From the IMG/VR virus record IMGVR_UViG_3300032247_001180, positions 1-30,814 of that record: a stretch of DNA of 30,814 nucleotides. One strand, written 5' to 3'. Positions 10,293 to 19,370 of the stretch are shown here, piece after piece. Within the stretch, counting starts at the first letter, position 1; every line of letters begins with the position of its first letter. Under the pieces are notes generated by a model. That model was not told the origin of the DNA, made no database searches, and saw only the letters and a list, made by a program, of their open reading frames with translations. This stretch comes from a virus. Lineage: Duplodnaviria > Caudoviricetes. The position numbers and the translations under genes were made by a program.

Positions 10293-10412
10293 ATGGCTGC
10301 TAAATTCTACCGGACTTGTTTCTGGATCGTCACCGGCGTTATCGCCGGGTCGATGCTGACACTGATCGGGAGTAAGGCACTCGCCGAAGAGTTCGCTTCT
10401 GAAGAGAAGTGA
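10293..10412 (+). CDS. Cassette ORF: 39-aa single-TM peptide (MAAKFYRTCFWIVTGVIAGSMLTLIGSKALAEEFASEEK)
   Basis: Translated by hand; CACGAAAGGAA RBS; lies between a promoter motif and a hairpin; below the ORF-track size cutoff. Confidence 0.8.
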   Translation: MAAKFYRTCFWIVTGVIAGSMLTLIGSKALAEEFASEEK

Positions 10413-10415
10413 TCC

Positions 10416-10452
10416 AAAAGATAAAGACCCTTAAACAAGGTCTTTATCTTTT
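10416..10452 (+). terminator. Conserved-loop hairpin/terminator
   Basis: AAAAGATAAAGACC-CTTAAACAA-GGTCTTTATCTTTT, a perfect 14-bp stem. Confidence 0.8.
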
Positions 10453-10480
10453 CGCAGTTTTTACATGCATCATAATGAGG
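10452..10480 (+). promoter_or_regulatory. Conserved promoter-like motif, copy 3
   Basis: TCGCA-gtttttACAtgcat-CATAATGAGG. Confidence 0.8.
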
Positions 10481-10503
10481 TAAAACTACGAAAGGAACAC
10501 AAA

Positions 10504-10605
10504 ATGGACTTCATCAAATCGTTGCTCTTCATTGGCTGCGCGACAACTGTCGTGCTCAGCGTGAAGAAGGCGTTTGACGCGTTCACCGAAACGCCTGAGC
10601 AGTAA
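10504..10605 (+). CDS. Cassette ORF: 33-aa hydrophobic peptide (MDFIKSLLFIGCATTVVLSVKKAFDAFTETPEQ)
   Basis: Translated by hand; CTACGAAAGGAA RBS; cassette context. Confidence 0.78.
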   Translation: MDFIKSLLFIGCATTVVLSVKKAFDAFTETPEQ

Positions 10606-10611
10606 CGCTTC

Positions 10612-10648
10612 AAAAGAGAAATACCCTTAAACAAGGTGTTTCTTTTTT
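10612..10648 (+). terminator. Conserved-loop hairpin/terminator
   Basis: AAAAGAGAAATACC-CTTAAACAA-GGTGTTTCTTTTTT. Confidence 0.8.
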
Positions 10649-10652
10649 TTTC

Positions 10653-10681
10653 TCGCAGAAATAACAAGGTTCATAATGAGG
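10653..10681 (+). promoter_or_regulatory. Conserved promoter-like motif, copy 4
   Basis: TCGCA-gaaataACAaggtt-CATAATGAGG. Confidence 0.8.
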
Positions 10682-10761
10682 AGTAGATAAAATGCTACGC
10701 ATTGTTGAAAAACTAAATTATCGATCTTCAGACGCATAGTCTGCAGAGCTTCTCTTTTTTT
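10678..10761 (+). ncRNA. Candidate small RNA (cassette without a convincing ORF)
   Basis: 5' GAGGAG can pair with CTTCTC just before a T-tract; internal hairpin CAGAC-gcata-GTCTG; only a 15-codon ORF is present. Confidence 0.35.
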
Positions 10762-10778
10762 CTAAAGAAAGAAGGGTT

Positions 10779-10904
10779 ATGTTCATTTACAAAGAGCCAA
10801 AACATTACGGGTTTTTTAATTTTCTGTTAGATATAATAATGATAGTAGCAACGGCTGGCCTTTGGTTTATTTGGATTATTATACGAGAAATTAGGAAAGG
10901 ATAA
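10779..10904 (+). CDS. 41-aa membrane protein (MFIYKEPKHYGFFNFLLDIIMIVATAGLWFIWIIIREIRKG)
   Basis: Translated by hand; purine-rich RBS; TAATG stop/start coupling with the next gene. Confidence 0.75.
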   Translation: MFIYKEPKHYGFFNFLLDIIMIVATAGLWFIWIIIREIRKG

Positions 10905-11632
10905 TGAGCAATTTTTCAGAAATTTTCAAAACAGCAGCAAATATTATGAGACAAAACTCGCCTTTGATTTTAACCGCAATTGGTGTTAGCGGTTCTATTA
11001 GCACTGCTTATTTAGCAGGTAAAGCATCATTTGAGGCTGCTCACGTATTGGCTGAAAATAATGCAGAAGATGCTCCAATAAAAGATAAGTTTGATATGGT
11101 CTGGGATCTTTATATTCCAGCAGCTATTTCAGGCGTTATAACTGTTGGGTGCATTATAACCGCGAGTAGGGTAAGCGCAAAGAGAACCGCAGCCGCCTAT
11201 TCTTTGGTTAGTCTTACGGAAAAAGCGTTTTTTGAGTATAAAGAAAAAGTCTCTGAAAAGCTAGGAGAGAAAAAAGAATTAGAAATTCGTAATGAGATTG
11301 CCCAGGATTACGTTACAAATAATGCCCCAAGTCAAGTTTTAGTTACTGGTTCTGGAGAAGTTCTTTGTTGTGAACTCTTTACTGGGCGTTATTTCTATAG
11401 CGATATGGAAAAGCTACGCAAAACTCAAAATGATATAAACGCAAAGCTTGTTACAGATTTGTTTGTTCCTTTAAGTGAGTTTTATTACTTAATCAATTTG
11501 CCTTACACAACACATTCTTCGTCTATTGGTTGGGAATCCTCAAAATTGCTTAATCTTGAGTTTTCTAGTGTATTTTCAGAAGACAACAAACCTTGTTTGG
11601 CTTTTGATTACAATTATACAAAGACAATATAA
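10904..11632 (+). CDS. Conserved phage protein (DUF6353-like), paralog A
   Basis: N-terminal SPLILTAIGVSG segment, LYIPA motif and AAAY..YKEKV.EKLGE; similar to 13339..14196. Confidence 0.7.
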   Translation: MSNFSEIFKTAANIMRQNSPLILTAIGVSGSISTAYLAGKASFEAAHVLAENNAEDAPIKDKFDMVWDLYIPAAISGVITVGCIITASRVSAKRTAAAYSLVSLTEKAFFEYKEKVSEKLGEKKELEIRNEIAQDYVTNNAPSQVLVTGSGEVLCCELFTGRYFYSDMEKLRKTQNDINAKLVTDLFVPLSEFYYLINLPYTTHSSSIGWESSKLLNLEFSSVFSEDNKPCLAFDYNYTKTI

Positions 11633-11661
11633 TCGCAAGTTTTACAAGTGTCATAATGAGG
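11633..11661 (+). promoter_or_regulatory. Conserved promoter-like motif, copy 5
   Basis: TCGCA-agttttACAagtgt-CATAATGAGG, directly abutting the upstream TAA. Confidence 0.8.
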
Positions 11662-11687
11662 TAATCCACTACGAAAGGAAATACGAA

Positions 11688-11858
11688 ATGGAACAGGAAC
11701 TCGTCACCGCGGCTGAGACCGTCGTCAAGTCCCGCAACCCCATCGTCATCGTTTGCGCTGCATCTGCAGCCGCTGCGGTGACGGCTGTTGCGGTCTGGCG
11801 CCGTCGTCGAAACCGCGACGAGGAGGAGATCGACCAGATCAACGCTCCCAAGAAGTAG
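11688..11858 (+). CDS. Cassette ORF: 56-aa single-TM protein with Arg cluster (MEQELVTAAE...WRRRRNRDEEE...)
   Basis: ATG after CTACGAAAGGAA; very GC-rich relative to flanks; true start lies within track ORF 11526..11858. Confidence 0.8.
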   Translation: MEQELVTAAETVVKSRNPIVIVCAASAAAAVTAVAVWRRRRNRDEEEIDQINAPKK

Positions 11859-11864
11859 AGCTTC

Positions 11865-11901
11865 AAAAGAGAAATACCCTTAAACAAGGTATTTCTTTTT
11901 T
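11865..11901 (+). terminator. Conserved-loop hairpin/terminator
   Basis: AAAAGAGAAATACC-CTTAAACAA-GGTATTTCTTTTTT. Confidence 0.8.
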
Positions 11902-11923
11902 CTAAACAAACTAAGGAGATAAA

Positions 11924-12355
11924 ATGCTTAAACGAGAAATAACCTATGAAGACTTTAATGGAGAAAAAGTCAGCGAGTACTTCTATTTCAATTTGTCAAA
12001 AACCGAGCTTATCGAGCTTGAGCACGAGTATGATCGTGGGTTTGCCGCGAATATAGAAGCAATTGTTGAGGCTAAGAGCACAAAAGAACTTATTGCAGAG
12101 TTCAAAAAGCTCATTCTTATGTCTTACGGAAAAAAATCTGAAGATGGAAAACGATTTATAAAGAGCGATGAACTTCGTGAAGAGTTTTCACAGACTGCGG
12201 CTTTTAATGAGCTGTTTATTCAGTTAGCAACTGATGAGAATGCTGCTGCTATATTTGTCAATAGTATTGTTCCTAAGGATATGGCTCAGTCTATTGAAAA
12301 GCAGAAAACGACTGCTGAGTTAGCATTAGAGCAGACTAAAACCGAAACTGAGTAA
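11924..12355 (+). CDS. Conserved hypothetical phage protein
   Basis: 143 aa, AAGGAG RBS. Confidence 0.75.
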   Translation: MLKREITYEDFNGEKVSEYFYFNLSKTELIELEHEYDRGFAANIEAIVEAKSTKELIAEFKKLILMSYGKKSEDGKRFIKSDELREEFSQTAAFNELFIQLATDENAAAIFVNSIVPKDMAQSIEKQKTTAELALEQTKTETE

Positions 12356-12384
12356 ACGCAAAAAAAACATCTTTCATAATGAGA
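12356..12384 (+). promoter_or_regulatory. Conserved promoter-like motif, copy 6
   Basis: ACGCA-aaaaaaACAtcttt-CATAATGAGA, directly abutting the upstream TAA. Confidence 0.75.
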
Positions 12385-12408
12385 TAAACTACAAAGAAAG
12401 GAAACGAA

Positions 12409-12657
12409 ATGATTGAACTTGTCAAATTCGCAACTACGGCGGTAACTAGTTCTGGTTTTGGAACTTTGGCGTCAGTAACCTTTGCGCGTATTGTTCCCGC
12501 AGCTAATCTTTCCAGATATGGTAAGGTGGTAATGTGGGTGACAAGTACGGCAACTGGCCTGGCACTTGCAAAGGCAACAAAACCAGCAACAGATGAATAC
12601 ATCGACGAAGTTGCTGAAGTAATTCAACAGATTCGCTACTACGGATCAAGTAGGTAA
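12409..12657 (+). CDS. Cassette ORF: 82-aa Ala/Thr-rich, probably membrane-associated protein
   Basis: AGAAAGGAA RBS; cassette context. Confidence 0.75.
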   Translation: MIELVKFATTAVTSSGFGTLASVTFARIVPAANLSRYGKVVMWVTSTATGLALAKATKPATDEYIDEVAEVIQQIRYYGSSR

Positions 12658-12660
12658 TCG

Positions 12661-12696
12661 AAGAGCATAAGATATTTAAACATATCTTATGCTTTT
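12661..12696 (+). terminator. Conserved-loop hairpin/terminator (different stem)
   Basis: AAGAGCATAAGATA-TTTAAACA-TATCTTATGCTTTT. Confidence 0.78.
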
Positions 12697-12721
12697 TTAA
12701 ATTCATAATAAAAGGAGAATA

Positions 12722-13330
12722 ATGGATTACCCGAGCAATTCAAATAGGAAAAAAGAAGAAAATCAAAAACCAAAGAAAGATATTGAAAAAGTAGTATCTA
12801 CGGAAGTAATAGTCCAAAAAAAGACAGTTTCCGATCGCTTTAAGAATATCTTTATTGGCGGAGAATTCAAAGCGTCAATGCGTTATATTTCTGCCGAGGT
12901 TCTTCTTCCAGCGTTTCGAAATATGATTGTCGATGCAACTACGAAGGGTATTGAGCGTGTTATTTATGGCGAATCAGCGCCAAAACTACCGCGAAGTAGT
13001 ATGCAACCAAGAATGTCGTATAACACTCCAGTAGACCGTTCTTACAGTAGGTTTGCAAGTCCTACGCCTCAGACTGTATCTAGAAATAGACGATACGATG
13101 TAAGTAACATCGTTCTTGTTTCTAGAGAAGAAGCAGAAACGGTTCTTGAGCGTTTAAGCGATATTCTTGGGCAATACGATGTAGCTTCTGTTGCAGATCT
13201 ACACCAACTTGTTGGCCTTCCATCAACGTGGGTGGACAATAAGTGGGGTTGGTCTTCTCTTAGATATGCAGATGTAAGACAAATACGTGAAGGCTTTTTG
13301 CTTGAACTTCCGCAAGTAGAACCAATTTAG
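12722..13330 (+). CDS. Conserved hypothetical phage protein
   Basis: 202 aa, AAAGGAG RBS; C-terminal SVADL..LVG...DNKWGW motif. Confidence 0.75.
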   Translation: MDYPSNSNRKKEENQKPKKDIEKVVSTEVIVQKKTVSDRFKNIFIGGEFKASMRYISAEVLLPAFRNMIVDATTKGIERVIYGESAPKLPRSSMQPRMSYNTPVDRSYSRFASPTPQTVSRNRRYDVSNIVLVSREEAETVLERLSDILGQYDVASVADLHQLVGLPSTWVDNKWGWSSLRYADVRQIREGFLLELPQVEPI

Positions 13331-13338
13331 GAGATAAA

Positions 13339-14196
13339 ATGAGTATAATTCCCGCCCCTATTACGCAAGGTATTTTTAGATCAGCGTTGGTTATTCAGAA
13401 GCATGCTCCTGCTATTTTATTTGGTTTGGGGGTGACTGGTGTTGCTACTAGTACTGTTCTAGCGTGTAAAGCAACATTGGAACTTCAGGATATTCTAGAT
13501 GAGATGCGTCAAGAACTAGACATGGTTCTTTACGATACAAACGATGTTGATAGTAAAGACGTTGCTTACGTCTATGCTAAAAACATTGCAAAGATAACAA
13601 GGCTTTACGCTCCAGCAGTAACTGTTGGCGCTATTTCAATTGGCGCTTTAACTGGATCGCATGTTGTCTTGACTCGTCGAAATGCTGGTTTGACCGCAGC
13701 ATATGCAGCTCTTTCAACTGCTTACGAAGAATATCGGCTTAGGGTGAAAAGCGAACTCGGAGAAAATAAAGAAATTGAGATTTATAAGGGGTATAAGCCA
13801 GAGGTGTTGAAAGCTGGAGAAGAACCTCAAACAATAACCACAAACCCGATTAGTGAGACATCGCCTTACGCAAGATTCTTTGACGAGTACAGTATTAACT
13901 GGGTTAAAAATGCAGAAATGAACCGACTGTTTATTCAGTGCCAGCAAAATACAGCAAACCAAATTTTGATTACAAAAGGGCATTTGTTTCTAAACGAAGT
14001 GTACGACATGCTTGGTTTAGACAGAACTAGTGCTGGCGCTGTTGTCGGCTGGGTTATTGGCGACAGAAATCATGTCGGCGATAACTATGTTGATTTTGGC
14101 ATTTTCTCTGAGAGAAATTCTAGGTTTGTTAACGGTTGGGAACGAAGTGTGCTTCTCGACTTTAATGTTGACGGCGTTATTTACGACAAAATTTAG
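13339..14196 (+). CDS. Conserved phage protein (DUF6353-like), paralog B
   Basis: KHAPAILFGLGVTG, LYAPA, GHLFLNEVYDMLG and LLDFNVDG motifs. Confidence 0.72.
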   Translation: MSIIPAPITQGIFRSALVIQKHAPAILFGLGVTGVATSTVLACKATLELQDILDEMRQELDMVLYDTNDVDSKDVAYVYAKNIAKITRLYAPAVTVGAISIGALTGSHVVLTRRNAGLTAAYAALSTAYEEYRLRVKSELGENKEIEIYKGYKPEVLKAGEEPQTITTNPISETSPYARFFDEYSINWVKNAEMNRLFIQCQQNTANQILITKGHLFLNEVYDMLGLDRTSAGAVVGWVIGDRNHVGDNYVDFGIFSERNSRFVNGWERSVLLDFNVDGVIYDKI

Positions 14197-14205
14197 GAGA
14201 TATAA

Positions 14206-14889
14206 ATGGATATTAAACTTATTGTAAACCAGAAGTGGGTGGTCCCGGCGGTTGTCGGGGCACTCTCTTTTACTGCAGGTTTTGGGGCAGGTATTATCGT
14301 GAGTAAGCGAAAAGAATCTGAAAATGAATTAGTTGAGGAAGATCCGCAAATGACTATATTTGATTTTTTTGATCAAGAAAATAGTTTTGACGAATCTAAA
14401 AAAGCGCATCCTTCTAATTACGTGGAAGAAGTTTTTACAGAAGAACCCGTTATTGATGACGAAGAAATTCCTGAAATAACAGTTAATAAGAATGTTTTTT
14501 CTGGAGATCTTAGTTTTTGGGACTACGACGTTGAGCTTCAATACCGAAACGATGGCCAGCCATATGTTATTCATTACGATGAGTTTATGAATAACGAAAC
14601 AAATTATCCACAGGAAACACTTACTTATTACCGTGGAGATGATATTGTTGCAGACCAACAGGATTCTCCGATCTATAATTATGCTTCCTTGATGGGTGAG
14701 TTGCGATTTGGGCATGGGTCAAATGACCCAAATGTTGTTTATATCCGAAACGATCAAATCCATATGGAATGGGAAATTCTTCTGCATGAAGGCTCTTATT
14801 CTTACGAGGTTGCTGGTATAGACAAACTCGAGGAATATGAGGCAGATGATATTCGCCATGCTAATGACCGAAAATTTAGAATGGATTAG
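14206..14889 (+). CDS. Acidic hypothetical protein with N-terminal TM anchor
   Basis: 227 aa, AGGAG RBS; hydrophobic segment at about residues 11-32. Confidence 0.72.
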   Translation: MDIKLIVNQKWVVPAVVGALSFTAGFGAGIIVSKRKESENELVEEDPQMTIFDFFDQENSFDESKKAHPSNYVEEVFTEEPVIDDEEIPEITVNKNVFSGDLSFWDYDVELQYRNDGQPYVIHYDEFMNNETNYPQETLTYYRGDDIVADQQDSPIYNYASLMGELRFGHGSNDPNVVYIRNDQIHMEWEILLHEGSYSYEVAGIDKLEEYEADDIRHANDRKFRMD

Positions 14890-14891
14890 CC

Positions 14892-15416
14892 ATGGACGAG
14901 CCACTTGAGAATTTATATTTCAATTGGCTCTACTCACAAGTTAGTGATGCGTACCCGCCGGCCTTGTACCGTACTAGTCTTTTAGGAGAACTCCATAAAA
15001 TAGAATATTTATGGTTTATTTCTGGAGATGATAACAGATATGAAGACGGCTTAGAATTGAGAACAGAGTTTCTGCAGGAAACAGGATATGATTATGAGTA
15101 TTCATTTTTTGCAGAAGGATGTAGTGTTCTTGAGATGTTAATTGCTTTCTCCCGTAGAGCCTCGTTTCAAACAGAGGAAAGTCCTCGGGAATGGTTTTGG
15201 ATAATGGTTGACAATTTGGGGTTACTGGAATTAGATAATTCTGTTGACACAAATTGCAAAGCTTTGAGAGAAATAATCAATGTGTTTATTTCCAGAACGT
15301 ATGGCAGCAACGGAAGCGGTGGATTGTTTCCGTTGCGCCATACGCTCAATAATCAAAGAAAAGTTGAAATATGGTACCAATTCAGTGAATATTTACACGA
15401 ACTAAAAAATACCTGA
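14892..15416 (+). CDS. Conserved hypothetical phage protein
   Basis: 174 aa, tightly packed in the operon before the polymerase gene. Confidence 0.72.
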   Translation: MDEPLENLYFNWLYSQVSDAYPPALYRTSLLGELHKIEYLWFISGDDNRYEDGLELRTEFLQETGYDYEYSFFAEGCSVLEMLIAFSRRASFQTEESPREWFWIMVDNLGLLELDNSVDTNCKALREIINVFISRTYGSNGSGGLFPLRHTLNNQRKVEIWYQFSEYLHELKNT

Positions 15417-15426
15417 AAGGAGGCTT

Positions 15427-18400
15427 GTGGATTTCTATCAAATTAGTTTAAAAGAAGTTAAGGGTGGACCTCCGCAGCTTTACCCGGACTGGACGGTTGG
15501 CAGGTCAAAAGACCTAATGGTTCGTGGCCGTTCTTTTTACGCAGTATGGGATGAAGAAAGAAACCTCTGGTCAACTGACGAATATGATGTTCAACGGTTA
15601 GTAGACCAAGATCTGCATAGATATAATGCAGAACATAACAATGAATATAAGGTTCAAAGTTTGCGTTCGTACAATACCCAAGTATGGAGCAAATTTAGAA
15701 GCTTTATGCAAAATATTAGTGATAATAGTCATCCTTTAGACGAAAACATTATATTTGCTAATTCAGACGTTAAAAAGTCTGATTACGCAAGCAAACGTCT
15801 ATCATATTCTTTAGAGCCAGGAAACCATGCTTCTTGGGACGAACTTATTAGTGTTTTATATTCTGAAGAAGAAAAGACAAAAATAGAATGGGCTATTGGC
15901 GCAATCGTTTCTGGAGACTCTAAATTTATCCAGAAATTTCTTGTATTTTATGGACCAGCAGGAAGCGGTAAATCAACGGTTCTAAATATCATACATAAAA
16001 TGTTTGAAAGTTATGTTGCGACGTTTGACGCAAAAGCATTAGCAAGTAATAATAACTCTTTTGCGACGGAGGTATTTAGATCAAACCCGCTAGTTGCTAT
16101 TCAGCATGACGGCGATTTGTCTAAGATTGAAGACAACACGAAGTTGAACTCAATTATTTCTCACGAAGAAATGACAATGAACGAAAAGTATAAACCTAGC
16201 TATACAGCTAAGGTTAACGCATTTTTATTTATGGGAACAAATAAGCCAGTCAAAATTAGTGACGCAAAGTCTGGTATAATTCGAAGACTCATTGACGTTC
16301 ATCCTACTGGCGCAAAAATAGAACCAAACCACTATAATTTGCTTATGCAGAGAATTGATTTTGAGTTTGGAGCTATTGCCCATCATTGTCTTAAGATATA
16401 TCAAGAACTTGGCAAAAACTATTATAATTCATATAAACCTCTAGAGATGATGCTCCAGACTGATGTGTTTTATAATTATGTAGAATACTGTTTTGATCTA
16501 TTTAAGAAACAAAACGGCGTGTCACTTAAGCAGGCTTACGAATTATATAAAGACTTTTGCCATGAAACAAGCCTTGACCGTTTGCTGCCGCAATACAAAT
16601 TCAGGGAAGAACTTCGAAATTATTTTGAATATTTTGACCAGACTAAGGAGGTCGACGGAGTTATGGTTAGAAGTTATTACTCTGGTTTTAAAAACCTTCA
16701 AGCGCCAACACCTTTTATATTAGACAACTCATATTTGATAAAAGTTGATTCTAATATGTCTGCGTTTGATGTTATTTGCGCTGAACAACCTGCTCAATAT
16801 GGAAAAGAAAGTGGTTTCCCTGGAACAAAGTGGGCGAACGTTTCAACAAAATTATCAGACATCAACACATCAAAACTTCATTTTGTAAAAATTCCAGAAA
16901 AACATATTGTCATAGATTTTGATCTTTGTGACGAAAACGGAGAAAAGGATCTTAACAAGAATTTAGAAGAAGCTTCAAAATGGCCGCCAACATACACTGA
17001 ATTGAGTAAAAGCGGTTCTGGAGTACACCTTCATTATATTTATAGTGGCGATGTAACTGAACTTAGTTCTGTGTATGATGTTGGTATTGAAGTAAAAACT
17101 CTTCTTGGCGACAGTTCTCTTAGGAGAAAGTTAACAAAATGCAATAATCTAGAAATAGCTGTATTAAATGGTGGTCTACCAAAGAAAGAGAAGACTATGC
17201 TCGAAAATAAAAGTATTCAGACAGAGAAAAGCCTTCGCGATTTAATCGGAAGAAATTTACGTAAAGAAATACACCCTGGGACAAAGTCGTCAGTTGATTT
17301 TATCCATAAGATTTTAGAAGACGCTTATGAAAATGGCGTCAGCTATGACCTTCGGGATATGCGTTCGGAAATTCTTTCCTTTGCGGCAAGAAGTACAAAC
17401 CAGTCAACAGCAGCTATAAAGACTGTCCAAACTATGAAGTTTGTTAGCAATAAACCAATGGAAGAAAATGAAGACGAAGATAAGCCTTTGGTTTTCTTTG
17501 ACGTTGAGGTTTACCCTAACCTGTTTGTTATTTGCTGGAAATATGCTGGAGAAGCTGATGTTGTTACGATGGTAAACCCGACTGCTAACGAAGTAGAGCA
17601 GCTTTTTGCCATGCGTCTTGTTGGGTTTAATAACAGGCGTTACGATAATCATATTCTTTACGCAGCGTTTCTTGGATACACAAACGAAGAACTTTACAGG
17701 TTGAGCAGTCAGATCATTGCAAATAATAACCGAGTTTTGTTTGGGGAAGCTTATAATCTATCTTATGCGGATATTTACGATTTATCGTCCAAGAAACAAG
17801 GTTTGAAAAAGTTCCAGATTGAACTTGGCATTCATCATATGGAAATGGATTATCCTTGGGATCAGCCAGTTCCAAAAGAATATTGGGACCTTGTTGTTAA
17901 ATATTGCTCCAACGATGTTGTTGCAACAGAAGCGGTATTTAATAATAGGTCTCAGGATTTTGCTGCAAGGAAAATTTTATCAGAAATTTCTGGGCTTACC
18001 ATAAATCATACGACTCAGAATCATACAGCAAAAATTGTTTTTGGGGATGATAAAGAACCGCAAAGCAAATTTATTTACACCGACCTTAGTGAGCAATTTC
18101 CTGGATATAAATTTGATGGAAAGGAAAGTATTTATCGAAATGAAATCACTGGAGAAGGCGGGTACGTATACGCTGAAAGTGGGGTCTATCAAAACGTCGC
18201 CGTTTTGGACGTTGCGAGTATGCATCCGACGTCCATTGAACAGCTCAATATGTTTGGACCATACACAAAGAAGTTTTCAGAACTCAAAGAAGCGCGTTTG
18301 GCAATTAAGCATAAGGAGTACGACAAAGCCTCTAAGCTACTTGACGGTAAGCTCGCCAAGTATTTGGATGGCAACGACGAAAATGCTGAAGGTCTATCGT

Positions 18401-19122
18401 ACGCTCTAAAAATTGTTATTAATATTGTGTACGGTTTGACCAGTGCAAGTTTCCCAAATCAGTTCAGAGACAATCGTAATAAAGACAATATTGTTGCAAA
18501 ACGTGGCGCTTTGTTTATGATTGACTTGAAGCATTTTGTTCAGGAGAAGGGTTTTTCTGTTGCTCACATTAAGACGGATTCTATTAAAATCCCAGAAGCA
18601 ACTGAAGAAATAATAAACGAAGTGATTGAATTTGGGAAAAAATATGGGTACGAGTTTGAGCATGAGACCACATATTCCAAGTTTTGCCTTGTAAACGATG
18701 CTGTTTACATCGCAAAGGATGGACAGAATTGGGTCGCTGTAGGAGCTCAATTTCAGCATGCATACGTTTTCAAAACGTTATTTACAAAAGAGGAACTTGT
18801 GTTCGATGATTTTTGTGAAACAAAAAATGTTACGCAAGGGTCTATGTGGCTTGAGTTCCCAGACGGAACAGAGTTGCACGTAGGAAGAACTGGAAGTTTT
18901 GTGCCCGTTCTTTACGATGGTGGAACTCTGTGGCGTGTAAAAGACGGAAAGAAATATGCAGTAACTGGAACGAAGGGGTATCAATGGCTTGAGCGTCACG
19001 CAGCAATTGGACGGCTTGAACTTGATACTGAGTTTATCGATTACTCATATTTTGAGCAATTGAAAGATAATGCTGAAAGCGCTATAAATTATTATACCTT
19101 ATTAGACAAATTTGTAATGTGA
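15427..19122 (+). CDS. Fused SF3 (D5-like) helicase / AEP primase-polymerase / 3'-5' exonuclease / family B DNA polymerase
   Basis: GTG start with AAAGGAGG RBS. Walker A GPAGSGKST and FMGTN; Prim-Pol motifs VIDFD and SKSGSGVHLHY; ExoI FFDVEVY, ExoII GFNNRRYD and ExoIII YCSNDV; PolB motifs DVASMHPT, KIVINIVYG and KTDS. Confidence 0.9.
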   Translation: MDFYQISLKEVKGGPPQLYPDWTVGRSKDLMVRGRSFYAVWDEERNLWSTDEYDVQRLVDQDLHRYNAEHNNEYKVQSLRSYNTQVWSKFRSFMQNISDNSHPLDENIIFANSDVKKSDYASKRLSYSLEPGNHASWDELISVLYSEEEKTKIEWAIGAIVSGDSKFIQKFLVFYGPAGSGKSTVLNIIHKMFESYVATFDAKALASNNNSFATEVFRSNPLVAIQHDGDLSKIEDNTKLNSIISHEEMTMNEKYKPSYTAKVNAFLFMGTNKPVKISDAKSGIIRRLIDVHPTGAKIEPNHYNLLMQRIDFEFGAIAHHCLKIYQELGKNYYNSYKPLEMMLQTDVFYNYVEYCFDLFKKQNGVSLKQAYELYKDFCHETSLDRLLPQYKFREELRNYFEYFDQTKEVDGVMVRSYYSGFKNLQAPTPFILDNSYLIKVDSNMSAFDVICAEQPAQYGKESGFPGTKWANVSTKLSDINTSKLHFVKIPEKHIVIDFDLCDENGEKDLNKNLEEASKWPPTYTELSKSGSGVHLHYIYSGDVTELSSVYDVGIEVKTLLGDSSLRRKLTKCNNLEIAVLNGGLPKKEKTMLENKSIQTEKSLRDLIGRNLRKEIHPGTKSSVDFIHKILEDAYENGVSYDLRDMRSEILSFAARSTNQSTAAIKTVQTMKFVSNKPMEENEDEDKPLVFFDVEVYPNLFVICWKYAGEADVVTMVNPTANEVEQLFAMRLVGFNNRRYDNHILYAAFLGYTNEELYRLSSQIIANNNRVLFGEAYNLSYADIYDLSSKKQGLKKFQIELGIHHMEMDYPWDQPVPKEYWDLVVKYCSNDVVATEAVFNNRSQDFAARKILSEISGLTINHTTQNHTAKIVFGDDKEPQSKFIYTDLSEQFPGYKFDGKESIYRNEITGEGGYVYAESGVYQNVAVLDVASMHPTSIEQLNMFGPYTKKFSELKEARLAIKHKEYDKASKLLDGKLAKYLDGNDENAEGLSYALKIVINIVYGLTSASFPNQFRDNRNKDNIVAKRGALFMIDLKHFVQEKGFSVAHIKTDSIKIPEATEEIINEVIEFGKKYGYEFEHETTYSKFCLVNDAVYIAKDGQNWVAVGAQFQHAYVFKTLFTKEELVFDDFCETKNVTQGSMWLEFPDGTELHVGRTGSFVPVLYDGGTLWRVKDGKKYAVTGTKGYQWLERHAAIGRLELDTEFIDYSYFEQLKDNAESAINYYTLLDKFVM

Positions 19123-19130
19123 GGAGTGTT

Positions 19131-19355
19131 ATGTTTGAAGAAACCGAAGAGCTTTATGACGTTATTTCACTTGACGGTTTGATGTTCGAGTCTTGGGAGG
19201 AGAATGAGGACGTTATAATCCGCCCAAGACTCGAAGAAAATGGTTTTTATGCTATAGAGTTTGAAAACTGTGCTGTAGACAAATTTGGTGTTATCACCAG
19301 AGTTGTGACTTGTATTGATTTTAATGGAAATTTCCGCAAATTTATTTACGGTTAA
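19131..19355 (+). CDS. Small acidic hypothetical protein
   Basis: ATG at 19131 follows GAGGAG and is preferred over the track start at 19119. Confidence 0.65.
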   Translation: MFEETEELYDVISLDGLMFESWEENEDVIIRPRLEENGFYAIEFENCAVDKFGVITRVVTCIDFNGNFRKFIYG

Positions 19356-19370
19356 ACAAAAGGATAAAAA

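Noticed and set aside
10692-10739. 15-codon ORF MLRIVEKLNYRSSDA after motif 4
   Set aside because: It is very short and its only RBS (GAGGAG) overlaps the promoter motif. It was not called as a CDS, though a leader peptide cannot be excluded.
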